From NCBI GenBank assembly GCA_963702425.1, contig CAVPCQ010000023.1:17035-81034 (forward strand): DNA of 64,000 nucleotides, written 5' to 3'. The position numbers and the translations under genes were made by a program. Shown here one piece after another: positions 52,101-61,046 of this stretch; within the stretch, counting starts at the first letter, position 1; every line of letters starts with the position of its first letter. Origin of the DNA: an uncultured Acidobacteriota bacterium. GTDB taxonomy: Bacteria > Acidobacteriota > Polarisedimenticolia > J045. The notes below the pieces were generated by a model. That model had not been told where the DNA came from. It made no database searches and saw only the letters and a list, made by a program, of their open reading frames with translations.

Positions 52101-53207
52101 GTTGAAGTCGCTCGCCGCGGTGACGGTCAGCGTGACCGGCCCCCAGGCCGGGAAGGCGGACGGAACCGTCCAGGTCTGGGTGTAGCCGCTGCCGATCGGA
52201 CGCATCCTCTGGGATTCCGCGAGGTAGGGGCTCGCCGGCGCCAGGTCGCACTCGTCGGGCACGCCGTTGGTGTTGCAGTCCGGGCTGTAGAGGCCGGCGA
52301 TGTCGCAGGCGTCGGGACGCCCGCTCGCGTTGCAGTCGGTCTGGCACTCGTCGGGCCGGTGGTCGGCGTCGCAGTCCAGGCTCGTGCTTCCGGCGTCGCA
52401 GCGGTCCGGCACCGTGTTCGCGTTGCAGTCGGGGACGATCCCGGCGGCCACGGTGCAGGCGTCGGGCGCCGCGTCGCCGTCGCAGTCGGCCGGCGCCTCG
52501 CAGGCGTCGAGGGTGCCGTCGGCATCGCAGTCGAGGCCGAGGCGGTTGATCACGCCGATCGCGTCCAGGTCGAACCCCGTGTTCGAGCCCGACGCTCCGG
52601 ACCCGTCGCCGTCGATCCGGATGTAGCGGACCACGGACAGGCCGCTGCCCAGGAGGTCGAAGGCGCGGGCGAAGGCGGCGTTGCCGTGGGCCTCGTCCCC
52701 GTCGATGTCGACCTTGGCGCCGATCGACGCGCGCACGCTGACGAAGTCGATGCCGTTGGCGCTGACCAGGACGTCGATCAGCGAGAACTCCGCGCTGCCG
52801 CTGTCGATCTCGTAGACGTTGAAGTCGGGACCGGGGCCGTCGACGACGAAGCCGCAGGTGAAGCGGTAGGTCACCTGCTGGCCGCCCAGGCCGTAGTAGA
52901 CATCGTCGGGCGGTCCGACGAAGGTGGAGTCCGGCGACGTCGTGGAGTTCGACGCCAGCAGGCTCGTGAAGCGGCAACCCGCCCCGTTGGCCGCGAGGTC
53001 GCAACTGTCCGGAACGGCGTTGCCGTCGCAGTCCTGGGCCGTGCCACACCCGGGGACGTCGCAACCCCCGCCGGGTGCACCGCAGGAGAGATCGCACGCA
53101 TCCTCGATCCCGTTGCCGTTGCAGTCGGCGGCCTGGGTGGAGAGCGCTGATGCGGTGCCGAGGACGAGAAGGAGGACGAGCAGGCGGCGGGAGCCGGGTG
53201 CGATCAT
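49101..53207 (-). CDS. Large secreted Cys/Asp-repeat protein with duplicated beta-domains, vWA-like domain and conserved C-terminal domain
   Basis: Signal peptide; many DCN.NG.PD.CD repeats; two GPPDD..GFDLDAIG domains; VFVMDTSTSM MIDAS; ends SACP. Confidence 0.82.
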   Translation of the reverse strand: MIAPGSRRLLVLLLVLGTASALSTQAADCNGNGIEDACDLSCGAPGGGCDVPGCGTAQDCDGNAVPDSCDLAANGAGCRFTSLLASNSTTSPDSTFVGPPDDVYYGLGGQQVTYRFTCGFVVDGPGPDFNVYEIDSGSAEFSLIDVLVSANGIDFVSVRASIGAKVDIDGDEAHGNAAFARAFDLLGSGLSVVRYIRIDGDGSGASGSNTGFDLDAIGVINRLGLDCDADGTLDACEAPADCDGDAAPDACTVAAGIVPDCNANTVPDRCDAGSTSLDCDADHRPDECQTDCNASGRPDACDIAGLYSPDCNTNGVPDECDLAPASPYLAESQRMRPIGSGYTQTWTVPSAFPAWGPVTLTVTAASDFNAADEYVSVDLNGVPLGRVFESGGVQCGASVGTLVIDPVIFNDAVANGDAVLRFVASSAVNKQECPESWIEADLSYDTSVDCDAGGGIDHCQIDAAPGLDLNDNGVLDGCEADCNGNGYPDDYDVETGLSPDCNANGQPDECDVASGTSTDCDANAIPDECQPDCNSNGVADPCDIAPGGASADCDANGIPDECDLAAAGAGCPFPVRLAQNTTTADASRLVGPPDDVFWGLGGQIVTYEWTCGRIVDGPGPDLTVYEVDSGADEFDTVSVLVSDDGVSFQDITGSMVAGVRIAGDAAHGGILFRRSYDLAYAGVRRARFVKLDGAGTGGSGSSTGFDLDAIGAIHLVDRDCNESGGLDACEPLADCDADGLPDLCQVTAVAGADCTGNGIPDACDIAGGAADCNADGVPDTCQPDCNGNAVADACDIASASSADCNANTRPDECDLAVTTLAEQSPPRAPIGSGTPQSFTLIRPPAATGTVTVTVTGRGDFDATTESLDVSLNGSSLGRVFDTASSFCTVISDSVELAASAYNALVLSGDAVFTLTADSSVGAFECEGSYVTIAVSYAAQPDCDGDLRPDACDLASATASDCNRNGVLDACDIDAGTSGDCNSDDRPDECPLCPPVKVVFVMDTSTSMTDEGAALCASISAVAGELAEQLVDVESELLGIMQAGTGQFSCLTGSVANLYGTTVPGDPPPNNETLGACPGGVEVGSEDWGRATSVVAGNKPWPTESVRLVIPISDEGPWCGDPASDPGVDRDSITHAIQTSVASHVVVSPITGTGTSTAVRALAQSLADATGGEVFSSQLPDEDLAAGILAIIRNACRNATDCNLNARPDECDLADGTSEDCDADQRPDECESDCNGNGRNDSCDVADGTSVDRNANGVPDECEGIVLTLTATDLVWTAAYDAIGYDVVRGSLIVLQDTGGDFTAAVDSCVVNDTTATTWPHGAAPAAGAGFWFLVRAELGSGPLTYDAPGGGQVGSRDAEIDASPSACP

Positions 53208-53548
53208 GGCGGTGCCCCCTTGCGCGGCGCGCACGAGGAACTGGCGCGAATAGGCTACACCTGCCACGGAGACGAGGGAGCCTGCCGGACCGTCGCATCG
53301 GACGGCAAGACCGCGCGCGGGACCGCGCGGCTAGCCGAGAATCATTCCGAAGTTCGCCGGCCCTTGCGTGATGCGCGCCGCGCTCAACCGGCTATTTCTG
53401 CCGCTCGAGGTCGCCCGGCTTCCAGGTCTTGTGAAGTGGGCCAGCGATTCTTGCGGATCGCTCTCCGCGCCTCCATGTCCCGTTCCTACAGCGACTCACC
53501 ATACTCCGCTGCGTGGTTGAGGATGGAAGCTCCGAGGAGGATCCGATC

Positions 53549-54511
53549 GTGTCGGGCAACCGCGGCTCGAGGCTCCGACTGCCCCCCAGCTGGTCCCGGC
53601 AGGCTCGCTCCGCGATTCTCCACGCCCTCTCCCGGGCCCGGATCGCCCCGCTCGCGGCCACCGACCGCGTCGCCGACTCCGTCCGCCTGGAGCGCGAGGT
53701 CTCCCTGCTCCGCGAGGAGCTCCGCATCAAGGACGCCCGCATGGAGCGCGTGCCGCCGCATCGACGCCCCCACTATCAGGCGGTGGAGCGCCTCGCCATC
53801 CTCGAGCTTCGCGCGGCCCGCGGCTGGTCAGCAGTGCAGACTGCCGAGTGATTCTTCGTCACCGAGGCGACCGTCGCCTCCTGGATGATTCGGCTCGACG
53901 AGGACGGGCCCTCCGCGCTCGTTCAGGCTCCCGAGCCCGTGATCGGGTTCCCGGACTTCGTTGCGCCCATCGTTCGGCGTTTGAGAGTGCTGTGCCCGGC
54001 GATGGGGACCGCGCGGATCGCAGCCGTGCTCTCCCGCGCCGGGCTTCATCTCGGGCGGACCACCGTCTGCCGGATGCTGAAGCGGCGGCCCCGGCGCGGC
54101 TGCCGTCGTGCCGGGATCCGCCAGCGCCTCGGCGCGATCGGCAAGCACGGCAGCATCGCGCTCGTCGAGCGCTGCATCCGCACGATCAAGGAAAATGGCG
54201 TGCAGCGCTGGCTTGCGACGATCCGGTGGTGGACCGTCGGGCGGGAGCTGTCGCTCTTCGCCGACTGGTACAACGGCCAGCGCCCGCATGCCGGGCTGGT
54301 CGGTGCAACGTCCGACGAGATCTACTTCGGGCGGCGGCCGGCCCATCATCGGCCGCGCTTCGAACCCCGGACGCGATGGCCGCGCTCCTCGCGCTGCGCC
54401 CGGCAGCAGGCGCCCGTGCGCGGTCGGCCGGGCGTGCGGCTCGCGCTCGAGGTGCGGTACCTGGAGGGACGAGCACAGCTTCCCGGCGTCTCGCTGACTC
54501 GCGCAGCCTGA
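53549..54511 (+). pseudogene. Degenerate integrase-core (rve-type) transposase
   Basis: ERLAILEL..GWS, in-frame TGA at 53849-53851, SIALVERCIRTIK, WYN..RPH..L.GAT; first half of catalytic core absent. Confidence 0.75.
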
Positions 54512-54713
54512 GGCCGGACATCCGTGGTTCTGTTCCGGCCGCGATCGCCGTGTGCGCTCGTGCAGCCCCGCACGCCGCTCGACGAGAGATCTCCGTCGCT
54601 GTGCTGACGCTCCGCTGGATTTCGCCCAGCTGAATGAGCGTCGCGACGGCCTTTGCGACGACGAAAACCGCGTCCGGCTGCGATCCAAGACCGGTGGCCT
54701 ACAACGGGGGGGG

Positions 54714-56420
54714 CTAGCGTCCGGGGTGTCGGCCCGAGCCGGCGCCCAGCGCCTCGAGCACCGTCGAGACCAGCACCACCAGCCCGCATCCCACGACGTT
54801 GTACCAGAGGAACCCAAGCTCGGACGCGAAGAAGAGGGCGATCACTGCAGCCTGTGCGACCAGCGCGCCTGCCAGCACCGGCGTCGCGGTGACACGCTTG
54901 AAGAAGAAGGCCACCACGAACAACCCGAGCACCGTGCCGTAGAAGATCGAGCCGAGGATGTTGACCGCCTGGATCAGGTTGTCGAGCAACGACGCGAAGG
55001 TCGCGAAGCCGACCGCGACGAGGCCCCAGAGCACGGTGAAGGCCTTGGAGATCAGCAGGTCGGTGCGGGGCGAGGCGGCACGGGCGACGGCCGGCCCGAA
55101 GCGCCTGTAGAGGTCGATCACGCTCGTGCTGCCCAGGGCTGAGAGCTCGCTCGCGACGGAGCTCATCGCGGCGCAGAGGATCACCGCGATCAGGAGCCCG
55201 ACGACCCCGCTCGGCAGGTAGCGCAGCACGAACGAGATGAAGACGTAGTCGGCGTCCTTCGTCTCGGCGCTGGGGACGGCCTGCGCGACCAGCTCCCGGG
55301 CCTCCTCGCGGAGTTGCTGCGTCGCGGCGTGGGCCTCACGCAGTGCGGCCTTGGCCGGCTCCTCGCCGCTGCCGCGCTCGAGCGCCGCCACGTAGGAGCC
55401 CGCCGCCTCGCGCTGCGCCGCGAAGGCGCCGTCGTAGCGCTGCTCGAGCGCGGCCAGCTGCCCGGCGTACGGCCCCTGAGCCACCCGCTCGAGCGCCGGG
55501 GTGTTGAAGAAGATCGGCGGCGGCGTGAAGAGGTAGAAGACGAAGACCAGCACGCCGATGAAGAGGATCCCGAACTGCATCGGGATCTTGAAGAGGCCGT
55601 TGAAGACGAGGCCCAGCCTGATCTCGGTCACCGAGCGGCCGGCCAGGTAGCGGCCGACCTGCGACTGGTCGGTGCCGAAGTAGGCGAGCGCCAGGAAGAA
55701 GCCCCCCGTGATCCCCGACCAGAAGTTGTATCGGCTCTCGAAGCTGAGCTCGAAGCTGATCGGGTTCATCCGGTCGAGCGCGCCCGCGAGCTTGACGGCG
55801 TGCGGCAACGAGACCGAGTCGGGCAGGTTGAGCACGATCACGATTCCGGCTACCGCCATCCCGGAGAGCATCACGATCATCTGCTGCTTCTGGGTCTGGC
55901 TGACGGCGCGCGTCCCGCCGGAGACGGTGTAGGCGACGACGAAGAGCCCCATCCCGAGGTTGGTCAGGTGCAGCGGCCAGCCCAGCACCGTGCTGAGGAT
56001 GATCGAGGGGGCGTAGATCGTGATCCCGGCCGCAAGCCCGCGCTGGATCAGGAACAGCAGCGCGCCCAGCGTGCGGACCCGGCCATCGAAGCGGTGCTCG
56101 AGGTACTCGTACGCGGTGTAGACCTTGAGCCGGTGGAAGATCGGCACGAAGACCGCGGCGATCACGATCATCGCCAGCGGCAGGCCGAGGTAGAACTGCA
56201 CGAAGCGCATCCCGTCCTGGTAGGCCTGGCCGGGCGTCGAAAGGAAAGTGATCGCGCTGGCCTGAGTCGCCATGATCGAGAGCCCGATCGTGGGCCACGC
56301 GAGGGTGTTGCCGCCGCGCAGGTAATCGTCGATGTCGCGCACGTTGCGGGACTTCCACGCTCCGTAGATCGCGATGAAGCCGAGCGTCCCGACCAGCACC
56401 GCCCAGTCGAGCGCGGTCAC
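54714..56420 (-). CDS. Sodium:solute symporter family protein
   Basis: GLSIMATQASAITFLSTPGQ, TAYEYLE.RF, YFGTDQSQVGRYL, AAMSS. Confidence 0.92.
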   Translation of the reverse strand: MTALDWAVLVGTLGFIAIYGAWKSRNVRDIDDYLRGGNTLAWPTIGLSIMATQASAITFLSTPGQAYQDGMRFVQFYLGLPLAMIVIAAVFVPIFHRLKVYTAYEYLEHRFDGRVRTLGALLFLIQRGLAAGITIYAPSIILSTVLGWPLHLTNLGMGLFVVAYTVSGGTRAVSQTQKQQMIVMLSGMAVAGIVIVLNLPDSVSLPHAVKLAGALDRMNPISFELSFESRYNFWSGITGGFFLALAYFGTDQSQVGRYLAGRSVTEIRLGLVFNGLFKIPMQFGILFIGVLVFVFYLFTPPPIFFNTPALERVAQGPYAGQLAALEQRYDGAFAAQREAAGSYVAALERGSGEEPAKAALREAHAATQQLREEARELVAQAVPSAETKDADYVFISFVLRYLPSGVVGLLIAVILCAAMSSVASELSALGSTSVIDLYRRFGPAVARAASPRTDLLISKAFTVLWGLVAVGFATFASLLDNLIQAVNILGSIFYGTVLGLFVVAFFFKRVTATPVLAGALVAQAAVIALFFASELGFLWYNVVGCGLVVLVSTVLEALGAGSGRHPGR

Positions 56421-56590
56421 GCGGCCCACCAGGCGAGCAGCGCGAAGGCGGCGACCAGCAGCGCCAGCTCGCCCACGAGCAGGAGGTAGACGTTGCGCCA
56501 GCTGCCGAGCAGCGGGGACGGGTCCTCGGGACCGGCGCCGTCGACGGCGCGGGACGGGCCGGAGGGTCCGTGAGGCTCGGGCGCGCCCAT
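56417..56590 (-). CDS. Small single-TM protein, putative symporter accessory subunit (not in the ORF track)
   Basis: 57 aa, PLLGSWRNVYLLLVGELALLVAAFALLAWWAA; GTGA overlap with the symporter start. Confidence 0.7.
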   Translation of the reverse strand: MGAPEPHGPSGPSRAVDGAGPEDPSPLLGSWRNVYLLLVGELALLVAAFALLAWWAA

Positions 56591-56593
56591 CGA

Positions 56594-59071
56594 TCAGTCC
56601 TTCGCCACCAGGTTGGCGAGCAGCCGGTAGGCGCCGGGGACGCCGGCCGGGAGCTGCCGGAAGAAGGCCAGTCCGGTGTAGACGAATCGCCCCTTGCCGT
56701 AGCGGGCGACGATCGTGCTCCCCTCGAGCGGCTCCTCGCCCGGATCGGCGAAGGCGAAGAGCGGCGTGTACCGCTCGTCCCACTTGGCGGCGAAGTAGAT
56801 CCCGCGCTCCTGCACCCACCCCTCGAAGTCGGGGGCGCCGATCGCATTGGGAGCGCGCAGCGCGGGATCGCCGGGGGCACGCAGTGTCACCGCCGCGGTC
56901 TCGTCGGTGATGCGGTCGCGGCTGATCTCGAACGGGTAGGGGCCGATCTGCGACTCCATCGGCGCGAGGCGGTTGTTGGTGCTGTACTGCACCAGCAGCG
57001 TGCCACCCTGCTCGACGAACGCCATCAGCTGCGGGTGGAGGCTCCGCAGGAAGGGGCGCGTATTGTAGGCGCGGATCCCGACCGCGATCGCGGCGAAGCG
57101 CGAGAGGTCGCCGTCGCGAACGGTCTCTTCGTCGAGCACCTCGACGGAGGCGCCGACGTGCGCGAGATCCTCGGCGACGGAGTCGCCGGACCCGGGGATG
57201 TAACCGATCGTGCCGGAAGGAAGCGCGATCGCGAGCGGCGCGAGGCGGAGCGTCGCGGGCTGGAGCACGAGCTGCACCGGGAGGTGCGGGTAGTCGATCG
57301 TCGACTCGGCGAAGGACCAGCGCCGACCGTCGGCCGCGAACACCGGCATCACCTCGATCGGGCCCGCGGCCGCGGGCGCGGTCACGGTGAAGGTGACGGT
57401 CGTTTCCTCGCCCGCCTTCGCGAGCTCGACCGGATGCGCCGCCGGCTCGGCCTTCCAGCCCGCGGGAAGCGGCAGTGCGACCTCGCCGGAGAGGCCGTCG
57501 CGGCCGGCGCGCACGCGCAGCGCGACGTGGGCGGCGCGGCCGTTGACGACCATCGTTGCCTCGCGCGCGGGGGTCACGGTCGCGGGAGGCACGACCAGGA
57601 AGGGCCGCAGCCGCTCGCCGAGCACCGGATCGACCGTGGCGTGCTCGACCGGCACGAAAACCGTCACCGGCCGGTCGCCGAAGAGGAAGCGCGCCGTGAC
57701 GCCCAGAACGGGCGGGCCGAGCGGCTCGCCGACCAGGCGCGGGTCGGTGACCGCCTGGCGGCCGCGCGTGCCGGGCGCGGCGAGCCAGTACGGGACCGAG
57801 ACCGGCGTGTCGGCCGGAAGCGTGACGGCTTGCGGGAAGGTCCGGCGCTCGTTCGCGGTGAGTTTCGCGGCCGGCTCGAGCGGCGGCGCGTAGGGGAACT
57901 CGACCCGCTGCAGCACGACCGCCGCGGGGCGACCCAGCACGACCTCCAGTTCCAGCTTGACCTCGGTGCCGGGCGCGGCCGTCGGGGCGGCGGCGGTGAC
58001 CCGCACGAAGAGCCCCGCGGCCGACGCGACCAGGTGGTCGAGGGCGCGCCGCGCGTCCCGCACGCGGACCCCGTCGGGCAGCGCGTCCAGCGCGCGGTGA
58101 ACGTCGAGCAGCGCGGAGATCGCGCGCTCCGGAGCATCGCGCTCCAGCGCCGCGCGGGCCCGGTCGAGCGCCGCAGTCAGCGGCGCCGCGGGCGCACCGT
58201 AGCGGCCCCACCCCAGGTCGAGCCCCTCGAAGATGTCGCCCGTGGGCTTCGTGCCGGCAAGCGGGACGAAGTACTCGAGGATCTCGCCGCGCTGGCCCGG
58301 CACGCCGAAGCCCTGGCTGCGGTGCTGGCTGCGCGAGAGCGCGGCCAGCTCGCCGTAGCCGAGGCCCAGCCGGGGATCGTAGGCGCCGACGTCGAGCTTG
58401 AGCGCGCCTTCCGGCGGAGGGTCGCCGCGCCATAGCCCCTGGTTGCGGAGCAGGCGATCGGCCTGCCAGGGCCCGACGCCGTTCTTCAGCTGCTCGGGGA
58501 AGCGCTTCGGGTCGGCCGCCGCGGTGAAGGCCTCGCGCGCAAGGGTCGCCGAGGCGGTGTGGTGACCGTGGTTGGGCGGGTTCTCGTCGAAGCGGGTGAG
58601 GATCACGTCGGGCTGGAAAGTGCGGATCACCCAGACTACGTCGGCCAGCGCCTCGTCGTGGTTCCAGAGAGCCAGCGTCTCGGCCGCCGTCTTCGAGTAG
58701 CCGAAGTCGCGCATCCGCGTGAAGCGCTGCTGCGCCCCGTCGATGCGCCGGGCGGCGAGCAGTTCTTCCGTACGGATCACATCGAGCAGATCTCCCTGCT
58801 CGGCGCCGATCAGGTTCTGGCCGCCGCCGCCGCGGGTCATCGCGAGGTACGCGGCGGCCAGGTGCCGGCCGTTGGCGAGGTAGGCGAGAAGGCGCGTGTT
58901 CTCGTCGTCGGGGTGGGCCGCGACGTAGAGCACGCGGCCGGTGCAGGCGACGCGGTCGAGTTCGTGAGCGAGGTGTCCGGCGTGCATGAGGGGCTCCGCA
59001 GCGGCAGCGGGGAGCGCCGCTGCGACGAGGGCGGCGGCCGTCGCTGCGAGTATGGGAAGCGGCTTGTTCAT
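56594..59071 (-). CDS. Exported PIG-L/LmbE family deacetylase with Ig-like and GATase-like domains
   Basis: Signal peptide; AAHPDDEN, TRGGGGQNLIG, DFGYSK, HGHH, FFRQLPAGVPGAYRL. Confidence 0.88.
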   Translation of the reverse strand: MNKPLPILAATAAALVAAALPAAAAEPLMHAGHLAHELDRVACTGRVLYVAAHPDDENTRLLAYLANGRHLAAAYLAMTRGGGGQNLIGAEQGDLLDVIRTEELLAARRIDGAQQRFTRMRDFGYSKTAAETLALWNHDEALADVVWVIRTFQPDVILTRFDENPPNHGHHTASATLAREAFTAAADPKRFPEQLKNGVGPWQADRLLRNQGLWRGDPPPEGALKLDVGAYDPRLGLGYGELAALSRSQHRSQGFGVPGQRGEILEYFVPLAGTKPTGDIFEGLDLGWGRYGAPAAPLTAALDRARAALERDAPERAISALLDVHRALDALPDGVRVRDARRALDHLVASAAGLFVRVTAAAPTAAPGTEVKLELEVVLGRPAAVVLQRVEFPYAPPLEPAAKLTANERRTFPQAVTLPADTPVSVPYWLAAPGTRGRQAVTDPRLVGEPLGPPVLGVTARFLFGDRPVTVFVPVEHATVDPVLGERLRPFLVVPPATVTPAREATMVVNGRAAHVALRVRAGRDGLSGEVALPLPAGWKAEPAAHPVELAKAGEETTVTFTVTAPAAAGPIEVMPVFAADGRRWSFAESTIDYPHLPVQLVLQPATLRLAPLAIALPSGTIGYIPGSGDSVAEDLAHVGASVEVLDEETVRDGDLSRFAAIAVGIRAYNTRPFLRSLHPQLMAFVEQGGTLLVQYSTNNRLAPMESQIGPYPFEISRDRITDETAAVTLRAPGDPALRAPNAIGAPDFEGWVQERGIYFAAKWDERYTPLFAFADPGEEPLEGSTIVARYGKGRFVYTGLAFFRQLPAGVPGAYRLLANLVAKD

Positions 59072-60255
59072 CGGGTGCCCCGGGCCCGGCTGCTCTCGAT
59101 CACGCGCCGGAAATAGGCTTCGTAACGGTCGAAGGCGGCCGGCTCGGCGAAATGCGCGACGGCGTGGGTGCGCGCGGCCCGAGCCATCGCGTCGCGGCGC
59201 GCCGGGTCGTCGAGCACGTCGATCAGCGCCTGCGCCAGGCGCTCCGGGTCGTGCGGCTCCACCAGGCACCCGGTGACCCCGTCGACGATCACCTCCGGGA
59301 TGCCACCGACGCGGTACGCGAAGACCGGCACGCCGGCGCTCTGCGCCTCCAACGCAGCGACGCCGAAACTCTCGGTCTCGCTGGGCAGCACGAAGGCGTC
59401 GGCGTGCTGCAGGTGCTCGACGAACTCGCCGCGCCGGCCGAGGAACGCGACCGCCTCGCTCACGCCCAGCGCGTCGGCCCGCTCGACCGCGGCCCCGCGC
59501 GAAGGCCCGTCGCCGACCAGCACCAGCCGCGCCGGGCGCTCGCGGCGCACGCGAGCCAGCACCTCCATCAGCTCCGGCACGCGCTTGACCTCGCGGAAGT
59601 TGCTGACGTGGAACAGGTAGGATGTGCCTGGTGTCGCCGGCGTGGGGAACAGCGTCGCCAGGCGCTCGGGGAGGCGACGCTCGGGCGGCGTGTAGTGGTC
59701 GGTGTCGACGAAGTTCGGCAGCACGTCGATCGGCTGCGACTCGGGGATGCCGAGGCAGCGCCGGGCCTCGCGCCGCAGGAAGTCGGACGGGACCGTGATC
59801 CCGTCGGCTGCGGCGACGGCGTAGGCCGTCACGGGGCGGTAGGCGGGATCGGAGCCGATGCGCGTGACGTCGGTGCCGTGCAGCGAGGTGACCAGCACCG
59901 GCGACGGCGTCCCGCCCGCCTCGAGCACCTGCCGGGCCAGGAGCGCGCTGGTGGCGTGCGGCACGGCGTAGTGGACCTGGACCAGGTCGAGCCCGCGGGT
60001 CCGCGCAACTTCGACGATCGTCGAGGCCACCGCCAGCGCGTAGGGCGCGTGCTCGAACAGCGGGTAGGGCGGCACGCGGACCTCGTGGAAGGTCTCGTTG
60101 GCGCAGGGCGGCAGCTCCCGGCTCGGCCGCGAAGACGCGATCAGGTGGATCCGGTGGCCGCGCCGCGCGAGACCGAGCGCCAGCTCCGAGGCCACGATGC
60201 CGCTGCCGCCGAGGCTCGGGAAGCAGACGATGCCGATCGCGAGCGGCTCGTTCAT
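59068..60255 (-). CDS. bshA: N-acetyl-alpha-D-glucosaminyl L-malate synthase
   Basis: CFPSLGGSG, VHYAVPHA, TSLHGTD, HVSNFREVKR, ESFGVAALEA. Confidence 0.92.
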   Translation of the reverse strand: MNEPLAIGIVCFPSLGGSGIVASELALGLARRGHRIHLIASSRPSRELPPCANETFHEVRVPPYPLFEHAPYALAVASTIVEVARTRGLDLVQVHYAVPHATSALLARQVLEAGGTPSPVLVTSLHGTDVTRIGSDPAYRPVTAYAVAAADGITVPSDFLRREARRCLGIPESQPIDVLPNFVDTDHYTPPERRLPERLATLFPTPATPGTSYLFHVSNFREVKRVPELMEVLARVRRERPARLVLVGDGPSRGAAVERADALGVSEAVAFLGRRGEFVEHLQHADAFVLPSETESFGVAALEAQSAGVPVFAYRVGGIPEVIVDGVTGCLVEPHDPERLAQALIDVLDDPARRDAMARAARTHAVAHFAEPAAFDRYEAYFRRVIESSRARGTR

Positions 60256-61046
60256 CGGCGCGCCTCGAAGGCGTGGGCACCGCCGAAGGGGTTGTCGCGG
60301 AAGTGGCGCACCGGATCGGCCAGCCCCGGGGTCGCGACGGCGCGCAGCGGCTCGCCGGCGCTGGTGCCGATCATGCTGCCGTAGTAGCGGTCGCGGGCCT
60401 CGATCGCGGCGATCGCGGCGGCCGAGCCGATCAGCGTCGGCGCGCCGCCGGCGGGCGGCGCGACCTGCGAGGCGTGACACGCAATCGCGGCCGCCTTGCG
60501 CGCCGCGGCGGCCGAGGTGTCGACGACGAAGCTCGGGGGCATGCGGTGGCGCATCGCGTAGTGGAGGACCTGCCGCGGGACGAAGGGAGCCGTCGCGGGT
60601 CCGGGAGCACCGGGGCCGTCGACGCGACCCGCGCCGGTCACGTAGCGGGCCAGCCCCGCGAGGAAGATCGCCTTCAGCAGCAGCGCCGCGGCCGCCTCGT
60701 GATCGGGGTGCCGGTCCTCGATCCACGGGATCAGCACGATCTCCGGGCGCAGGCGGCGCAGAACCTCCACGACGGCTTCGATCTGCTGACTCGCGCCGGG
60801 CTCGAGCCCGGCGTCGGGCAGGCCGAGGTTCTCACGCAGCCGGAGGCCCATCACCTCGGCGGCTGCGGCAGCCTCCCGCACGCGCTGCTCGGGTGTGCCG
60901 TGCGTCGCCCGCTCGCCGCGCGTCAGGTCGAGCACGCCGGTCGAGTGGCCGAGTTCGGCGGCGCGGATCAGCGTCCCGCCGCAGAACAGCTCGACGTCGT
61001 CGGGGTGCGGGCCGACGGCCAGGAGGTCGAGGCCGAAGTCGCTCAT
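60252..61046 (-). CDS. bshB1: Bacillithiol biosynthesis deacetylase
   Basis: GPHPDDVEL.CGGT, DLTRGE, DRHPDH, HASQ; located between bshC and bshA. Confidence 0.9.
   Translation of the reverse strand: MSDFGLDLLAVGPHPDDVELFCGGTLIRAAELGHSTGVLDLTRGERATHGTPEQRVREAAAAAEVMGLRLRENLGLPDAGLEPGASQQIEAVVEVLRRLRPEIVLIPWIEDRHPDHEAAAALLLKAIFLAGLARYVTGAGRVDGPGAPGPATAPFVPRQVLHYAMRHRMPPSFVVDTSAAAARKAAAIACHASQVAPPAGGAPTLIGSAAAIAAIEARDRYYGSMIGTSAGEPLRAVATPGLADPVRHFRDNPFGGAHAFEARR

Larger units (their letters stand above)
24187..54763. mobile_element. Accessory island 2 (~30.5 kb) bounded by ~51-bp direct repeats of the symporter 3' end
   Basis: ggctagcgt(g/c)cggggtgtcg(g)cccgagccggcgcccagcgcctcgagcaccg at 24187-24237 and 54712-54763; IS remnants just inside both ends. 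Confidence 0.75.

Noticed and set aside
49248-53150. Long antisense and alternate-frame ORFs here and throughout the window
   Set aside because: Shadow ORFs of high-GC genes with Arg/Ala/Pro-rich or otherwise motif-free translations
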